Shown piece after piece: positions 45,235 through 58,504 of a stretch of 64,000 bases of DNA. The DNA lies in the NCBI GenBank assembly GCA_951406725.2, contig OX597832.1:42904001-42968000 (forward strand), given 5' to 3'. The first letter of the stretch is position 1. Each line of letters opens with the position of its first letter. The position numbers and the translations under genes were made by a program. Source of the stretch: Octopus vulgaris. Its lineage: Eukaryota. The notes beneath the pieces were generated by a model that was given only the letters and a program-made list of their open reading frames with translations, had not been told where the DNA came from and made no database searches.

Positions 45235-46047
45235 TTAGCTCATGTAGTTCTCTGTTGGGTCAATATTTGTGTGACTTTCTTTATCTATTTGATGCTCATC
45301 TGTCTTAGTGTTTATGATTGGTTCAGGGCGTATTTCACTTTGCCTATCACTTATACTAACTCTTTCAATCCTCTCTTCGTTTTTATCCGCCCTGGGCTGG
45401 TCTATAATCATTTCCTCTGTATTATCTTCTCTAGCTGCAGCTTCGTTCATTTTATCCGATATTGCTTGTCTAACCTGATCAATCTCTACTTCAGTCAGTA
45501 ATTTCTTTTTTATAATGTTTCTTCTAACATTGGCAAGCTTGTTACTGTCTATGTAGGGTCTTACTTCAGGGTGTTTCTGTCTCCAGTTTAAGTATGCTTG
45601 TACAGTGCTAGACTTATCTGTGGGGAAATATATGGCATGGTAGAAGGCCTCAAGAACTTCTTTATTATCTTCCCTAGACCATTTTTCCTTCTTTTTCTTT
45701 TGATTATTTGGTGATGAGCATGGATGGCCATCTGTTGGAATATTCCGGTTGTGGGGTTCGTCCAGCTCCTGTGTGTTGGGAAGATTTGATCCAGTAACTG
45801 ATTTTTCAATCAGGATTTGGTTCAATTTTCGGGTACGTGGTCTTTTGTAATCCGCGCAATGACCAATGCGGTTTATTGTTTGATTTGTTGACCTTGAAGC
45901 ATGACGAGCATCCATTCTTATATTAGGAGATGGATCTGTCAGTTTAGGGTTCACTACATGTAAGCATTGCTCATAGCGCCGCTTCTTAAGACTAGCAGAT
46001 CTATATTCGTCTGTATTTTTTTTGTTGATAGTTTTATCTCCGGACAT
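45235..46047 (-). CDS. N-terminal 270 aa of the retrotransposon ORF, separated from the RT part by a -1 frameshift
   Basis: Segment KKEKWSREDNKEVLEAFY...NKLANVRRNIIKKKLLTEVEIDQV resembles the N-termini of RLE-type elements. The downstream frame is open from 45259 (PNRELHELKNQIMIEW), overlapping this ORF at 45238-45259. Confidence 0.75.
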   Translation of the reverse strand: MSGDKTINKKNTDEYRSASLKKRRYEQCLHVVNPKLTDPSPNIRMDARHASRSTNQTINRIGHCADYKRPRTRKLNQILIEKSVTGSNLPNTQELDEPHNRNIPTDGHPCSSPNNQKKKKEKWSREDNKEVLEAFYHAIYFPTDKSSTVQAYLNWRQKHPEVRPYIDSNKLANVRRNIIKKKLLTEVEIDQVRQAISDKMNEAAAREDNTEEMIIDQPRADKNEERIERVSISDRQSEIRPEPIINTKTDEHQIDKESHTNIDPTENYMS

Positions 46048-46180
46048 TTTTTTTTTTTTTTTTTTCCTTTCCTCCTCTTCCTTTCTTCAAGGCTTACTGT
46101 GTCTGTATTAGTTCGAAATAATGAGAATAAAATACGGAGAAGGAAACGAAAAGAAAGGGAAAAAGACGGGATCTGTCAGT

Positions 46181-46490
<310 letters not shown>

Positions 46491-46749
46491 TTATCACTAT
46501 TTTACATCATCTACCTCAATGTATATGTATATATATATATATGTTGCTCAGCTGCTCATTTTACTTTTTATATACTTATATATATTCACAACCTTGTCTG
46601 TGCCGTTACCAGCTTCTTCCACTCGCTAATCTGAAAAGCTCAAACATGTGTGTGTGTGTTCTTCCTTTACAATTGAATAAATAGATCTACTTCAATGTTT
46701 ACTGGCTGATGTCTGTCGGCTTTATATCCTCTTCGTTTTCTTATCAGCC

Positions 46750-46850
<101 letters not shown>

Positions 46851-46982
46851 TATGTATATATATATATGCATGCACATATATATATATATATATATATACA
46901 TACATATATATATACATACATATATATATACATACAGACATATATACACACGTATATACATGCATACACACACCACACACTC

Positions 46983-47020
<38 letters not shown>

Positions 47021-48029
47021 TAGCTCTATTATTAAGGAATGCGACGCCCAAAATTTTTTGAGGTGTGTCAACAATGTAGTAAAAAGTTTTGAAAATCTCA
47101 GACGTAAAGGTTTATTTCTGCACTACTGGCTCAGTTCTTGCCGCCCAACAATTTGCAACATTTGGTTTTTAATGTAAATAAAATATAGCAGAAAGATAAA
47201 AAAAACCCAAAAAGTACTATTAATAAAAAACTAAAACAGCAAGCAAATTGGAGTAAGTGTCTTCAATTGAAGTTTAAGGAGTGACATTTTAGGCTCCGTT
47301 TATCTTTAATCAAGCAAAAAATCACTCAAAGAAAACAACATTGTCGCAGAATAAGAGAGATTAAAATGTGGCTATGTAAAAAAGTTAAATGTGGAAATCA
47401 AACGAAGAAGAACCAAAATAAAAGAAGAAAGCGATATTATTTAAGAACCGTTTTTCTAAACAAAAAATGTTGAAATTTGTGTTTTAGCGAAACTGTATAA
47501 GAAAGAGTAGGAAATATTTGAATGAAAAAATTATATGGGAGTGTCTTAGTAAACGTTGAGGTTAAAATATTGTTTAGATGAAATTTGTCCCCAGTGGGAG
47601 TTTAAAATAATAGTAAGCATAAGAGGACAGTTTTACACAATTAACGTAAAAGATTAAAAAACATTGAAGAATCTATTAGCAAAGGAATTATTTACGGTTA
47701 GTTGCGAATGCAGAATGTGAATACAATACACAGAGTACATTCTCCTGCGGCAATACAGAGATACGATTAATTCTTGATGTGTAAACAATATTTCTATAAA
47801 GGCGGAAATCTCGCGAGAATAACGTATCTTATGTTGTTTTATTTTTAAATGAAAATATTATTGCTTTTTTAATAAATGTTTGTTGTTTGTTTTTCAATGA
47901 TATCTCATGAATTTCCTATCGTTTATTTCTTTTAATATATTATTGTCCCTTGTTAATCATTGTGTTTTATTATTATTATTATTATTATTATTGTTATTTA
48001 AGTTTTTGTTGTTTTTTGTTTTGTTTTGT

Positions 48030-48138
48030 TTACTGACACGGGGATCGTGGGGGGCGGCGTCCATGGCTCCTGCAGGCCCCCCGCGATCGGTGAAATTGAT
48101 GTTGTTAATGTTCCGTTTAAAGTGCTGCAAGTCGATAC
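48030..48138 (-). other. Candidate host exon on the minus strand
   Basis: GC-rich unique island. Acceptor tctttcgtgcag|G, open frame GIDLQHFKRNINNINFTDRGGPAGAMDAAPHDPR containing GCCATGG, and possible donors GTCAGT or GTAAAC. Product not recognised. Confidence 0.4.
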
Positions 48139-48184
48139 CTGCACGAAAGATATGAACAAAGAAAATATTACAGAAAGTCAACGT

Positions 48185-48601
48185 AGGCGCAGGAGTGGCT
48201 GTGTGGTAAGTAGCTTGCTAACCAACCACATGGTTCCGGGTTCAGTCCCACTGCGTGGCATCTTGGGCAAGTGTCTTCTGCTATAGCCCTGGGCCGACCA
48301 ATGCCTTGTGAGTGGATTTGGTAGACGGAAACTGAAAGAAGCCCGTCGTATATATGCATATATATATGTGTGTATGTGTGTGTATATGTTTGTGTGTCTG
48401 TATTTGTCCCCCTAGCATTACTTGACAACCGATGCTGGTGTGTTTACGTCCCCGTCACTTAGCGGTTCGGCAAAAGAGACCGATAGAATAAGTACTGGGC
48501 TTACAAAGAATAAGTCCCGGGGTTGATTTGCTCGACTAAAAGACGGTGCTCCAGCATGGCCGCAGTCATATGACTGAAACAAGTAAAAGAGTAAAAGAGA
48601 G
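48185..48601 (+). mobile_element. SINE family A, well-preserved copy
   Basis: Head GGCGCAGGAGTGGCTGTGTGG...GGTTCAGTCCC; ends in (GTAAAAGA)n. Confidence 0.92.
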
Positions 48602-48759
48602 TAGTGGGAGGGAAAGAATATTTGTAGTGGTTAACGAGGGACCTGGAAAGGACTGAACGCAACGTGCTAGCATTTCTGCCGTCTAGCCAATAATAATGGG
48701 TTCAAACTTTGACAGGGAGTCAGCCGTTTTTTCGGTTTTTAGGGGAGGGAAAGTCCATT

Positions 48760-49890
48760 AGACCAGCCCGCAGTACTTTGAATGGTACTTCTTATACGTT
48801 CAGGATCCAAATTCCTGCCCAGTCAGCCTCTCCTTTCAGGGTCGATAAAATAAGTACCAGTTTAGCACTGGAGTCGATTTCATCGTTTTAGTACCTTCAC
48901 CGAAATTGCAGGCCTGGTGCCAAAATGTGAGACTAATATTGGTGATAAAAAACCAAAGTCGACATCGGCGAAATTTGAACTCATAACATAAAGACGGACA
49001 AAATGCTGCTAAACATTTTGTCCGGCGTGCTAACGATTATGCCAGCTCGCCAACAACAATAATTAACCACTATCAGATTCTCTAGCATGCCGGACAAAAT
49101 GCTTAGAGATATTTCGTCCGTCCTTACGTTCTGAGTTCAAATTCCTTCGAGGTCGACTTTGCCCGTCATCCTTTCGGGGTCGGAAAAATAAGAACCAGTT
49201 TAACACCGGGGTCGACGTAATCGACTTACCCTTCCTTCAAAATTACTGGCCTTGTGCTAAAGCGTGAAACCAATATTAACAATATCCATGACATCACAGT
49301 TACCACAACCACTGTCAACATTGACCCAACCACAAAATCACCAACGCTATACCTTGTAAAACCCATTTCTTTACTACCCACAAGGGGCTAAACACAGAGG
49401 GGAGAAACAAGGACAGACAAACGGATTAAGCCGACTACATCGACCCCAGTGCGTAACTGGTACTTATTTAATCGACCCCGAAAGGATGAAAGGCAAAGTC
49501 GACCTCGGCGGATTTTGAACTCAGAACGTAGCGGCAGACGAAATACCGCTAGGCATTCCGTCCAGCGTGCTAACGATTCTGCCTGCTCGCCGCCTTGTAA
49601 AAACCATCCCCATCATCACCACCAACACCATTTACTACTATACCAGAATGACACTAACAAAGAAACAGAACCAATATTAGTCTCACATTTTGGCACCAGG
49701 CCTGCAATCTCGGTGAAGGGAGACTAAAACGATGAAATCGACTCCAGTGCTAAACTGGTACTTATTTTATCGACCCCGAACGGAGAGGCTGACTGGGAGG
49801 AATTTGGATTCAGAACGTAAAGACGTAGGAAACACCGCCAAGCAATTTTTTTTTTGTTCGCCGTGCTAACGATTCTCCAATCTCGCCCCG
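48760..49890. mobile_element. Cluster of family B SINE copies and fragments in alternating orientation
   Basis: Plus copies at about 48795-48935 and 49075-49275. Minus copies at about 48955-49050, 49365-49595 and 49680-49890. Confidence 0.8.
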
Positions 49891-50542
49891 TTCAAAAACT
49901 TGCACCAATATCACCACTGAACAATACCATCATCAACATCACCACCGACAACCAAAGCAGCAATAATACCACCATTTCCACTAACACTACCGACATATAC
50001 AACGAGCACTCCCTCACGAAACAACTACAACAGCAAGAAGATACATTGCGACAAATGTCAGGCTAAATTACATAAACCTGAAATTGTGAAGCGTTCTGTG
50101 AAATATGTCGTCGTTTGAGCGGGCAATTGAGATAATAAACCGCTTTAATCTGCCATATTGTTTCGACGCTTTTACCCACGTTCTCACCCAATTTACAGAA
50201 GCTATTTTGCTGTCGATGCAGCTATTTCGCACTATTACTACTACTACTACTACTACTACTACTATTACTACTACTACTACTACTACTACTATTACTGCTG
50301 CTACTGCTGCTGCAGTCTCTCACTGCAGTCTCACATCAGCTCTGAACGAGTAAACCTATGCTATCCAGGTAGGTTAGTTGCTAGTAGATATTTTAGTAAT
50401 TATAACTATAATAATCCTCTCTATTATAGGTAGAAAACCTAAAATTTTAGGGTGTTGGTGGGGCTAGTCGAACACATCATCCTCAGTGCTCAAACTGGTA
50501 CTTAGTTTATCAACCCCGAAAGTATTATTATTATTATTATTA

Positions 50543-50868
<326 letters not shown>

Positions 50869-52111
50869 AAGTAGTAGTAGATGATGTTGATGACGTTGCT
50901 GCTTGTTTATTTGTTTGTTTGTTGAGCGAAGCGGTCTTCGTGGGGGAAGTCCGAAACTTTTCGTATAAAGGACAAAACGATTACAACAATTAAAGTATGC
51001 TTTTATTTGATGTGACTGCTTGCATGAAGGCTTGGAGGGACGGTAACCGATGCACACGAGTCGATCCAAACACTCAGTTTTCGGTGATGTAATAGAGGTC
51101 AATCATTATGACGATAATGAGTTGGGCGACCGAGGCGACGAGGAGGAGGAGGAGGAGGAGGAGGAGGAGAAGGAGGAGGACGACGAAGACTGAAGAATCA
51201 TGGTGGAGTTAAAGGTGTCAATAAGACGAAAATACTAGTGTTATTTATGTTGGTGGTAGTGATGATGTTAGGGGTGGAGTTGGCGGTGGAACTGTACTGT
51301 GGTGGTGGTAGTTATGGAGACGATAATGAAGGTGGTGATGATGAATATAAGATGATAATGATGTCAATGACGATGATGGTGATGATGATGACGAGGAAGA
51401 GGCGAAGGAGGAATTCGATGATCAATTTAATGATGGCAGTTGATGAAGATAGTGAACATGATAACGATAATGATGACGATGACAACGATGATGATGATGA
51501 TGGTGGTGGTGGTAATGGTGGTAGCAGTGATAATGTTGTTAGTGGTAATGGTGGTCGTGCTGGTGGATGTTGTGACGATGATGATGATCGTGATGATGAT
51601 GATGGTGGTCATCGTCGTCGTCGTGATCGTGGTGGTCGTGGTGGTCGTGGTGGTCGTGGTGGCGGTAGCAGTGATGGTGTTGTCAGTGGGAATGGTGATC
51701 GTGCTGGTGGATGTTGTGGCGATGATGATCATGATCATGATGATCATGATGATGCATACCCCACACCTTGTTGTGAGCAAATCATTATCAGCGCCACAAA
51801 CCGGGGCGTGGCGCGAACACTATTGTTTTGTAAATAGTTAATTAGTTTAAAGCTTGCTTAATTGAATATTTTAATTAGGTAGTTTTACAAAGGCAAACAA
51901 TTAATTACTGATGCTTTCCTCCTGTCACGCTGACAATGAAAACGACGCAGTTTAATTAGTCTGATTTAGAAGGATGGCACAGAGTTTATATAGCGAACAA
52001 GACGGAAGGGTCATCGGTTCAATACCTGTCATTAGCACTGTGTGTTTGCATCTATCATGGAAACAATTTCTATCTCATGAATTCACAGCAATCTCAAATG
52101 GTATCACAAGG

Positions 52112-52202
<91 letters not shown>

Positions 52203-52295
52203 ATCCAAACAAGAAAACACAAAAAAACACAACAACGCGAGGACGTGGAACAAATATAGTATTATTGGACGCTCAGGAAAGAAGGGAAGAAGGAG

Positions 52296-52331
52296 GTTTT
52301 AACGTTTCGAGCGGAGCTCTTCGTCGGAAAC
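52296..52331 (-). ncRNA. Minimal hammerhead ribozyme motif
   Basis: Minus strand: GTTT-CCGACGA-A-GAGC TCC GCTC-GAAACGTTA-AAAC. Stem III overlaps the palindrome AACGTT. Confidence 0.6.
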
Positions 52332-52440
52332 ATAGGAGAAGGAAAGATTCTGAGAAGGGAAGACAGAGGAAAAAAAATCGCCAACGGTACACACGAGGTC
52401 ATATATACTTTATTTAAAGCAGCAGAAAATTCAACAAAGC

Positions 52441-52478
52441 CTGTTACTCTGAGTTTCACGTTCCCGTTCGTCGGACAG
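52441..52478 (-). ncRNA. Type I hammerhead ribozyme motif
   Basis: Minus strand: CTGT-CCGACGA-ACG GGAA CGT-GAA-ACTC A GAGT-A-ACAG. All three stems pair, the C3-G8 pair is kept, and the cleavage triplet is GUA. Confidence 0.75.
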
Positions 52479-52880
52479 TTTTTGCTATATATATATCAGC
52501 ATTGATATAAAGATAAATAAATCCAAGTGCAGGTATGGGTGCTTGATACTAAGTTTGCTTTCCAACCACGTGGTTCCGGGTTCAGTCTCATTACTACAGC
52601 ACCGGGCCGACCAGAACCCCGAGAATTAAATTCGGCTGACGGAAACCGAAATGAACCCCGTCATATATATATGTGAGCATTTGTGTGTGTGTGTGTGTGT
52701 GTAGGTAGGTATGGCAACGACACCCCGGTCTCGCGCCATTTCCGCTCTAACCGGTCACTCTTTACAACACTTCTCTGTGTTCGGATTGTCCTTGCACATA
52801 CACACATATAAATATATATATGTACATACATATATATACAAACACACACATGCAACACACATATGAATATATAGATATAT

Positions 52881-53192
52881 CACCGTGATCACCGTGACCG
52901 ACCAGACTATCAGATGTTGCTACACATCGCTGGTCACAATGCGCTTCGCATTGTTTTAGCCTTCAAATGACGCCACCCCGCTGGCTAAGCGAGCAGGCCA
53001 ACAGAAGAAAGAGTGAGAGAAAGTTGTGGTGAAAGAGTACAGCAGGGATCACTCCCCCCCCCCCTGCCGGAGCCTCGTGGAGCTTTAGGTTTTTTTGCTC
53101 TATAAACACTCACAATGCCCGGTCTGGGAATCGAAACCACGATTCTACAACCGCGAGTCCGCTGCCCTAACCACTGGGCCATTGCGCCTCCA
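52881..53192 (-). mobile_element. SINE family C with tail type 1; a plus-strand 5' part lies at 3620-3797
   Basis: Homologous to 5033-5340. Confidence 0.9.
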
Positions 53193-53739
53193 CATATAGA
53201 TATATAAATGTATGTATGTCTACACTTACACTGTACGCAACATCCTACTCGGCACCGTTAGGATCGGAGTGTTACCGAATAACCGAAAGTTCCGGATATC
53301 TAATCATCACTTTTTCAATTACCATATCGCCTTACAAAAGTCATTAAAATCCCATCTATGCATCTTGTATTATCATAAATGTTCTGAATAGATTAGAAAA
53401 GAAGGAAATTATGAGAAACAAAGTATAATTTAAGAATAGAACATTATAATGCAGATGCATTAACCGCAGTAAAATAAAACTCTGCATTGTACTTTGAGAT
53501 GCAACGGTCCATTTTAGATACAATGGAAATTTCCTTTCTTTTCATAACGAATAATTAATTAACACAAATCAGCAAAAATTCCTTTTGACTCTAACAACTT
53601 ATTTTTTGTTCAGTTTTATTTTTCTGAGAGCCGGTTGATATATAGTTCCAGTGATTAGAATACCGGATAAGAGGGGGCTTATTGTTATTGGTTTTGAAAT
53701 TGGTATGCAGATGTCTGTCTTTTTCAATGTTGCATAATA

Positions 53740-54304
53740 TTGGGTTGTCCGGAAAGTTCGTGCCGATGTTTAAAGGAAAGAAAAAGGTCGATAAATACTT
53801 GCTATTACATTTTTAATCAACCAAATATGAACCATTTTGTTACACAATGCGTCTCCATCTTTCCTTTAACTTGAAAATACCCTCTTCCCAGAATTGAGGT
53901 GGTTTCATGGCAAAGAATTCATCAAGGTATCTTTTTACGTCATCCAAGGAATTGAAATTTTTACCATTAAGACTAATCTGCAGAGACCTGAATAAGTGGA
54001 AATCGGAAGGAGCAATATCTGGTGAATATGGAGGGTGGCGTTACACATCCCAGCCAAGCTGCAGCAATTTTTGTCTGGTTCCCAAAGCATCAAGTGCTGA
54101 AAATGAACTTTCTTACCTTCCATTTTAAAGGGTTACAGAATCAACATAGGTTATACGAACATAAACCGTCTTTCACGAAAAGATAGCTTAAACTGTGCTC
54201 TAAATGGAGGTGTAGTCAAATCCTCGTTTATGGACTCAATCATGTTCTAAAATAAATCGAAATATAAGCTACTATAAATCGGCATGAACTTTCCGGACAA
54301 CCCA

Positions 54305-54305
<1 letters not shown>
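53740..54305 (-). mobile_element. Internally deleted non-autonomous mariner element
   Basis: 28-bp TIRs TTGGGTTGTCCGGAAAGTTC(G/A)TGCCGAT with TA on both sides. The transposase N-terminus MEGKKVHFQHLMLWE is joined to the C-terminal PPYSPDIAPSDFHLFRSLQ in a different frame. Confidence 0.92.
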
Positions 54306-54356
<51 letters not shown>

Positions 54357-54374
54357 TTATGTATATATATTCTT

Positions 54375-54850
54375 TTTTTACTCTTTTACTCTTTTACTTG
54401 TTTCAGTCATTTGACTGCGGCCATGCTGGAGCACCGCCTTTAATCGAAGCAACTCGACCCCGGGACTTATTCTTTGTAAGCCCAGTACTTATTCTATCGG
54501 TCTCTTTTGCCAAACCCCTAAGTGACGGGGACATAAACACACCAGCATCGGTTGTTAAGCGATGTTGGATAGGACAAACACAGACACACATACATACACG
54601 CACATATACATATATAAACATATATACGACGGGCTTCTTTCAGTTTCCGTCTACCAAATCCACTCACAAGGCTTTGGTCGGCCCGAGGCTATAGTAGAAG
54701 ACACTTGCCTAAGGTGCCACGCAGTGGGATTGAACCCGGAACCATGTGGTTGGTAAACAAGCTACTTACCACACACAGCCACTCCTGCGCATATATATAT
54801 GGTATATATAGCTACTTACCACACACAGCCACTCCTGCGCATATATATAT
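54375..54850 (-). mobile_element. SINE family A with a local duplication of its 5' 30 bp
   Basis: Full copy; GCTACTTACCACACACAGCCACTCCTGCGC occurs at both 54761 and 54811. Confidence 0.9.
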
Positions 54851-55288
54851 ATATATATATTTAAATGCATACGTTCACACACACACATGCAAGCGCGCCT
54901 ACGTACACATACACATAGAGATGAGTGCGTGTCATGCTGACGCGCTAGCATATATTTTATTATATCTGCAGCTACTTTCAGTTCTTGGCTATTTGGTTGG
55001 CAATAATTTGTATCACATGGTCGTTTGGCATGGACAAATGAAGTTTCTTTTGCCCTGTCCTGTCACAGTACAGAATTAGGCAATTTAATCTCGGATATGC
55101 AAAAAATATTCTATCTTAATTTCTCTTTCTCTCGCACACATATACAGAATGTCAATCTGACCCAAACATTGCTGTTGTTCCAACTAATGTAATTGGTTAT
55201 GTTTGTTTGTTTACATGTGTTTGGACACTATCTGTCTATCTATTTACTTATTTATCTACCTCCCTACCTCCCTACCTCCCTACCTGTA

Positions 55289-55360
<72 letters not shown>

Positions 55361-55426
55361 AATCAATCAATCAATCTAGCTATCTAACTATTTATCTATC
55401 TCACTATCTATTTGTCTATTTATCTA

Positions 55427-55458
<32 letters not shown>

Positions 55459-55481
55459 TCTACCTATCTATCTATCTATCC

Positions 55482-55574
<93 letters not shown>

Positions 55575-55810
55575 CTCAAATGCTTACCTACCTATCTACT
55601 TATATATCAATTTATCTATTTACCTACCTACCTACCAACATGCCAGCCTATCTATCTAGCTAACACGATCCCTATTGATCGGTCCCACTTTTTTATCTTT
55701 TTACACGATCCCTTTTGATCAAAATTTGCCCACCCCCTTTTTCCCCAAAAGAAAAGCTCTACTTTGTACTTTGTCCCTTCTGCGTTTACCTCTGCGTGGC
55801 CAATAAAGAA

Positions 55811-55852
<42 letters not shown>

Positions 55853-56260
55853 TTGTATATCTTTTGATCTATCTGTGAGTCTGCCTGCCTGCTTGTCTGT
55901 CTATTTATCTATCTGGTATGTAGATAGTGTTGTAATCCAAGCTGTGTCCTCATGGAGCACACCTCTGCATTCCAGTTCTTCAAAGTAGTATGTAGATGTT
56001 ATATTTGTGTGAGGCAAGCATACGAGTTGAAAATTGCAGGAAAATAGCATTTGCAAATCCAGACAAATCCCTGGGGGCAATCTGTAGCTGTCCAAACTTG
56101 GCTACTTACTCAGATCAATATCAGCAGTCCATTAAATCTAAATGGAATTTACAGTTCACCCGCGGTTGCACTACGTGTTCGATTAGTAAATCCAAAGTCT
56201 GCTTTGAAGTGTTTCGAAACTTATATATATGTGTACATAATATATATATGAATGTGTATG

Positions 56261-56302
<42 letters not shown>

Positions 56303-56314
56303 CTTATATGTATG

Positions 56315-56346
<32 letters not shown>

Positions 56347-56454
56347 TATATATATATACATACATATATACACCCACATTTATATATATATGGGTACATA
56401 ATATATATATATGAATGTGTATGTGTATATATACATATATTTGTGTATGATAGA

Positions 56455-56635
56455 TCGTTAGCTCCTACACGCATTTTTTTCTCTCCTTGTTTTTTTTCTG
56501 TGTATCTTTCTGTCAAAGAGCGTAGGCTCGAAACGTAAAAGATTTTTTCTATTCCTGAGTGCTATACTAATACATTTGTTTATTTGTACTCCACCTGCCT
56601 TCGTCTTTTGTTTATTTTTGTAAACTTTCCCCGTT
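56455..56635 (+). mobile_element. Microsatellite-embedded element with a degenerate hammerhead motif at 56504-56543
   Basis: ATCTTT-CTGTCAA-A-GAGC GTAG GCTC-GAAACGTA-AAAGAT. The stems are intact but the core is mutated. A homologous truncated copy lies at 28041-28170. Confidence 0.6.
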
Positions 56636-56728
56636 ATATATGTACATGTATGGATATACATGTATTTATTTATATACATATCTTTGTAGACACACATGTA
56701 CACGGACAACACCACAAGCATACGCGCG

Positions 56729-56771
<43 letters not shown>

Positions 56772-56908
56772 GTGTGTGTGTTTGAGGTGTTGGTGAGGTG
56801 TATGCCTGAACTTCGAAGGAACCATGAAGAAACCGAACCTGTATCGATATTTGCATTTTCAATCAATGTTATTTTCTAGTTGCTTTCTTACGAAACAACT
56901 GCTGCTAT

Positions 56909-56941
<33 letters not shown>

Positions 56942-57645
56942 CGACCACGACAACGACGATGACGACGACGATGATGATGATGATGATGCTATTGTGCTGC
57001 TGCTGCTGGTGGTATTCTAATTACAGTCTTTTAGCCCCCATATATCAAGTCAAGCGATCACATAGATAATCCCTTCGTCTCATTGATTTATCGGGGAAGC
57101 CCGTTTTTATGTAGCATTGTTTTTGGCATTTATAGAAATTCGACCTGAGACTGGTTCATTGTATATTCCAAACTTTATTGGAATTTTTTTGTTTCTGAAT
57201 TTTCATAAAATCCTGCCTGTTTGCGCCAGACGGATCGTAGCAATAGCTTTCGAGTGTGCTAAATGACGCGATTCTTTTAGGAGTTTCGATTAGACATTTA
57301 AAACACATGACTTCTGTCACTTGCACGAAAGTCGGATTGGCAGAATCGTAAGAACTTTTGAAAACAATGCCTTAGGGTACTTGTTCCGGGTCTTTATATT
57401 CTGAGTTCAAATCTAGCCGATGTTGCTATTGCTTTATACCCGGCCTGTGGTCGATATACGAAATACCAGTTTAGTTACTAAGATGGCGGCATCGGCTAAC
57501 CCCTTTCCCTGAAAACTGTTGATTTTACGTCTAAATTAAAAACAATAGGCGCAGGCTTTGCTGTGTGATGAGAAGCTTGCTTCCGGTACAGCTTTTGTCT
57601 GTTGGATTGTTGGTTTTGTTTGGTACAAAACACAGACACAAAGAC

Positions 57646-57693
<48 letters not shown>

Positions 57694-57937
57694 CATATAT
57701 ATATACATATATTAAAATTACTAAGTCTCTCTATTTTTATTTTTATTTTTATAAGAATGCCATATTAGTATGGCGATAACTATTATTTTCCGGGAACGCT
57801 GCCGCTGTTCTCTTTTAGAGAGACTTAGTAATTTTAATATTTCTATTATTGAAAACAAGTGGATGTATTCCACCGAAACTAGGTAAATAAAACCATCGAA
57901 CAGAGATTGTCGGAAGCGACACCTACTGGCTGGCTAC

Positions 57938-57979
57938 GCTGCATTGAAAAGGGGCAATACCCCGAAACGCGTCTGTAGC
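57938..57979 (+). ncRNA. Minimal type I hammerhead ribozyme motif, copy 1
   Basis: GCTGCA-TTGAAAA-GGGG CAATA CCCC-GAAA-CGCG-TC-TGTAGC. Stem I is 6 bp with one GU pair, the core has the compensatory U3-A8 pair, stem II is 4 bp, stem III is palindromic, and the GUC cleavage site ends at 57973. Confidence 0.75.
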
Positions 57980-58299
57980 TGCCGGTCAAGTAGTGTGGAG
58001 CGACTGACCTCCCTTGTTCGAAGGTTATATGGATACAGTTTGTGTATCAAATAGCTAACTTAAGGCGATGGCCTCATGGAGCTAATAAGCGGACAGCTTT
58101 ATTCTTATTTTTATAAGAATGCCATATTAGTATGGCGATAACTATTATTTTCCGGGAACGCTGCCGCTGTTCTCTTTTAGAGAGACTTAGTAATTTTAAT
58201 ATTTCTATTATTGAAAACAAGTGGATGTATTCCACCGAAACTAGGTAAATAAAACCATCGAACAGAGATTGTCGGAAGCGACACCTACTGGCTGGCTAC

Positions 58300-58341
58300 G
58301 CTGCATTGAAAAGGGGCAATACCCCGAAACGCGTCTGTAGC
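58300..58341 (+). ncRNA. Minimal type I hammerhead ribozyme motif, copy 2
   Basis: Same sequence as 57938-57979, offset by 362 bp. Confidence 0.75.
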
Positions 58342-58504
58342 TGCCGGTCAAGTAGTGTGGAGCGACTGACCTCCCTTGTTCGAAGGTTATATGGATACAG
58401 TTTGTGTATCAAATAGCTAACTTAAGGCGATGGCCTCATGGAGCTAATAAGCGGACAGCTTTATTCTTATTTTTATAAGAATGCCATATTAGTATGGCGA
58501 TAAC

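Larger units (their letters stand above)
52198..52487 (-). mobile_element. (TA)n-embedded element with two hammerhead motifs (Penelope-like terminal fragment)
   Basis: Flanked by TA repeats. 52198-52400 is the reverse-strand homologue of 28394-28598. Confidence 0.65.

Noticed and set aside
51238-51841. Asp/Gly-rich 199-aa ORF
   Set aside because: It is a (GAT)/(GGT) low-complexity tract with an internal duplication of about 144-bp period and no recognisable domain.
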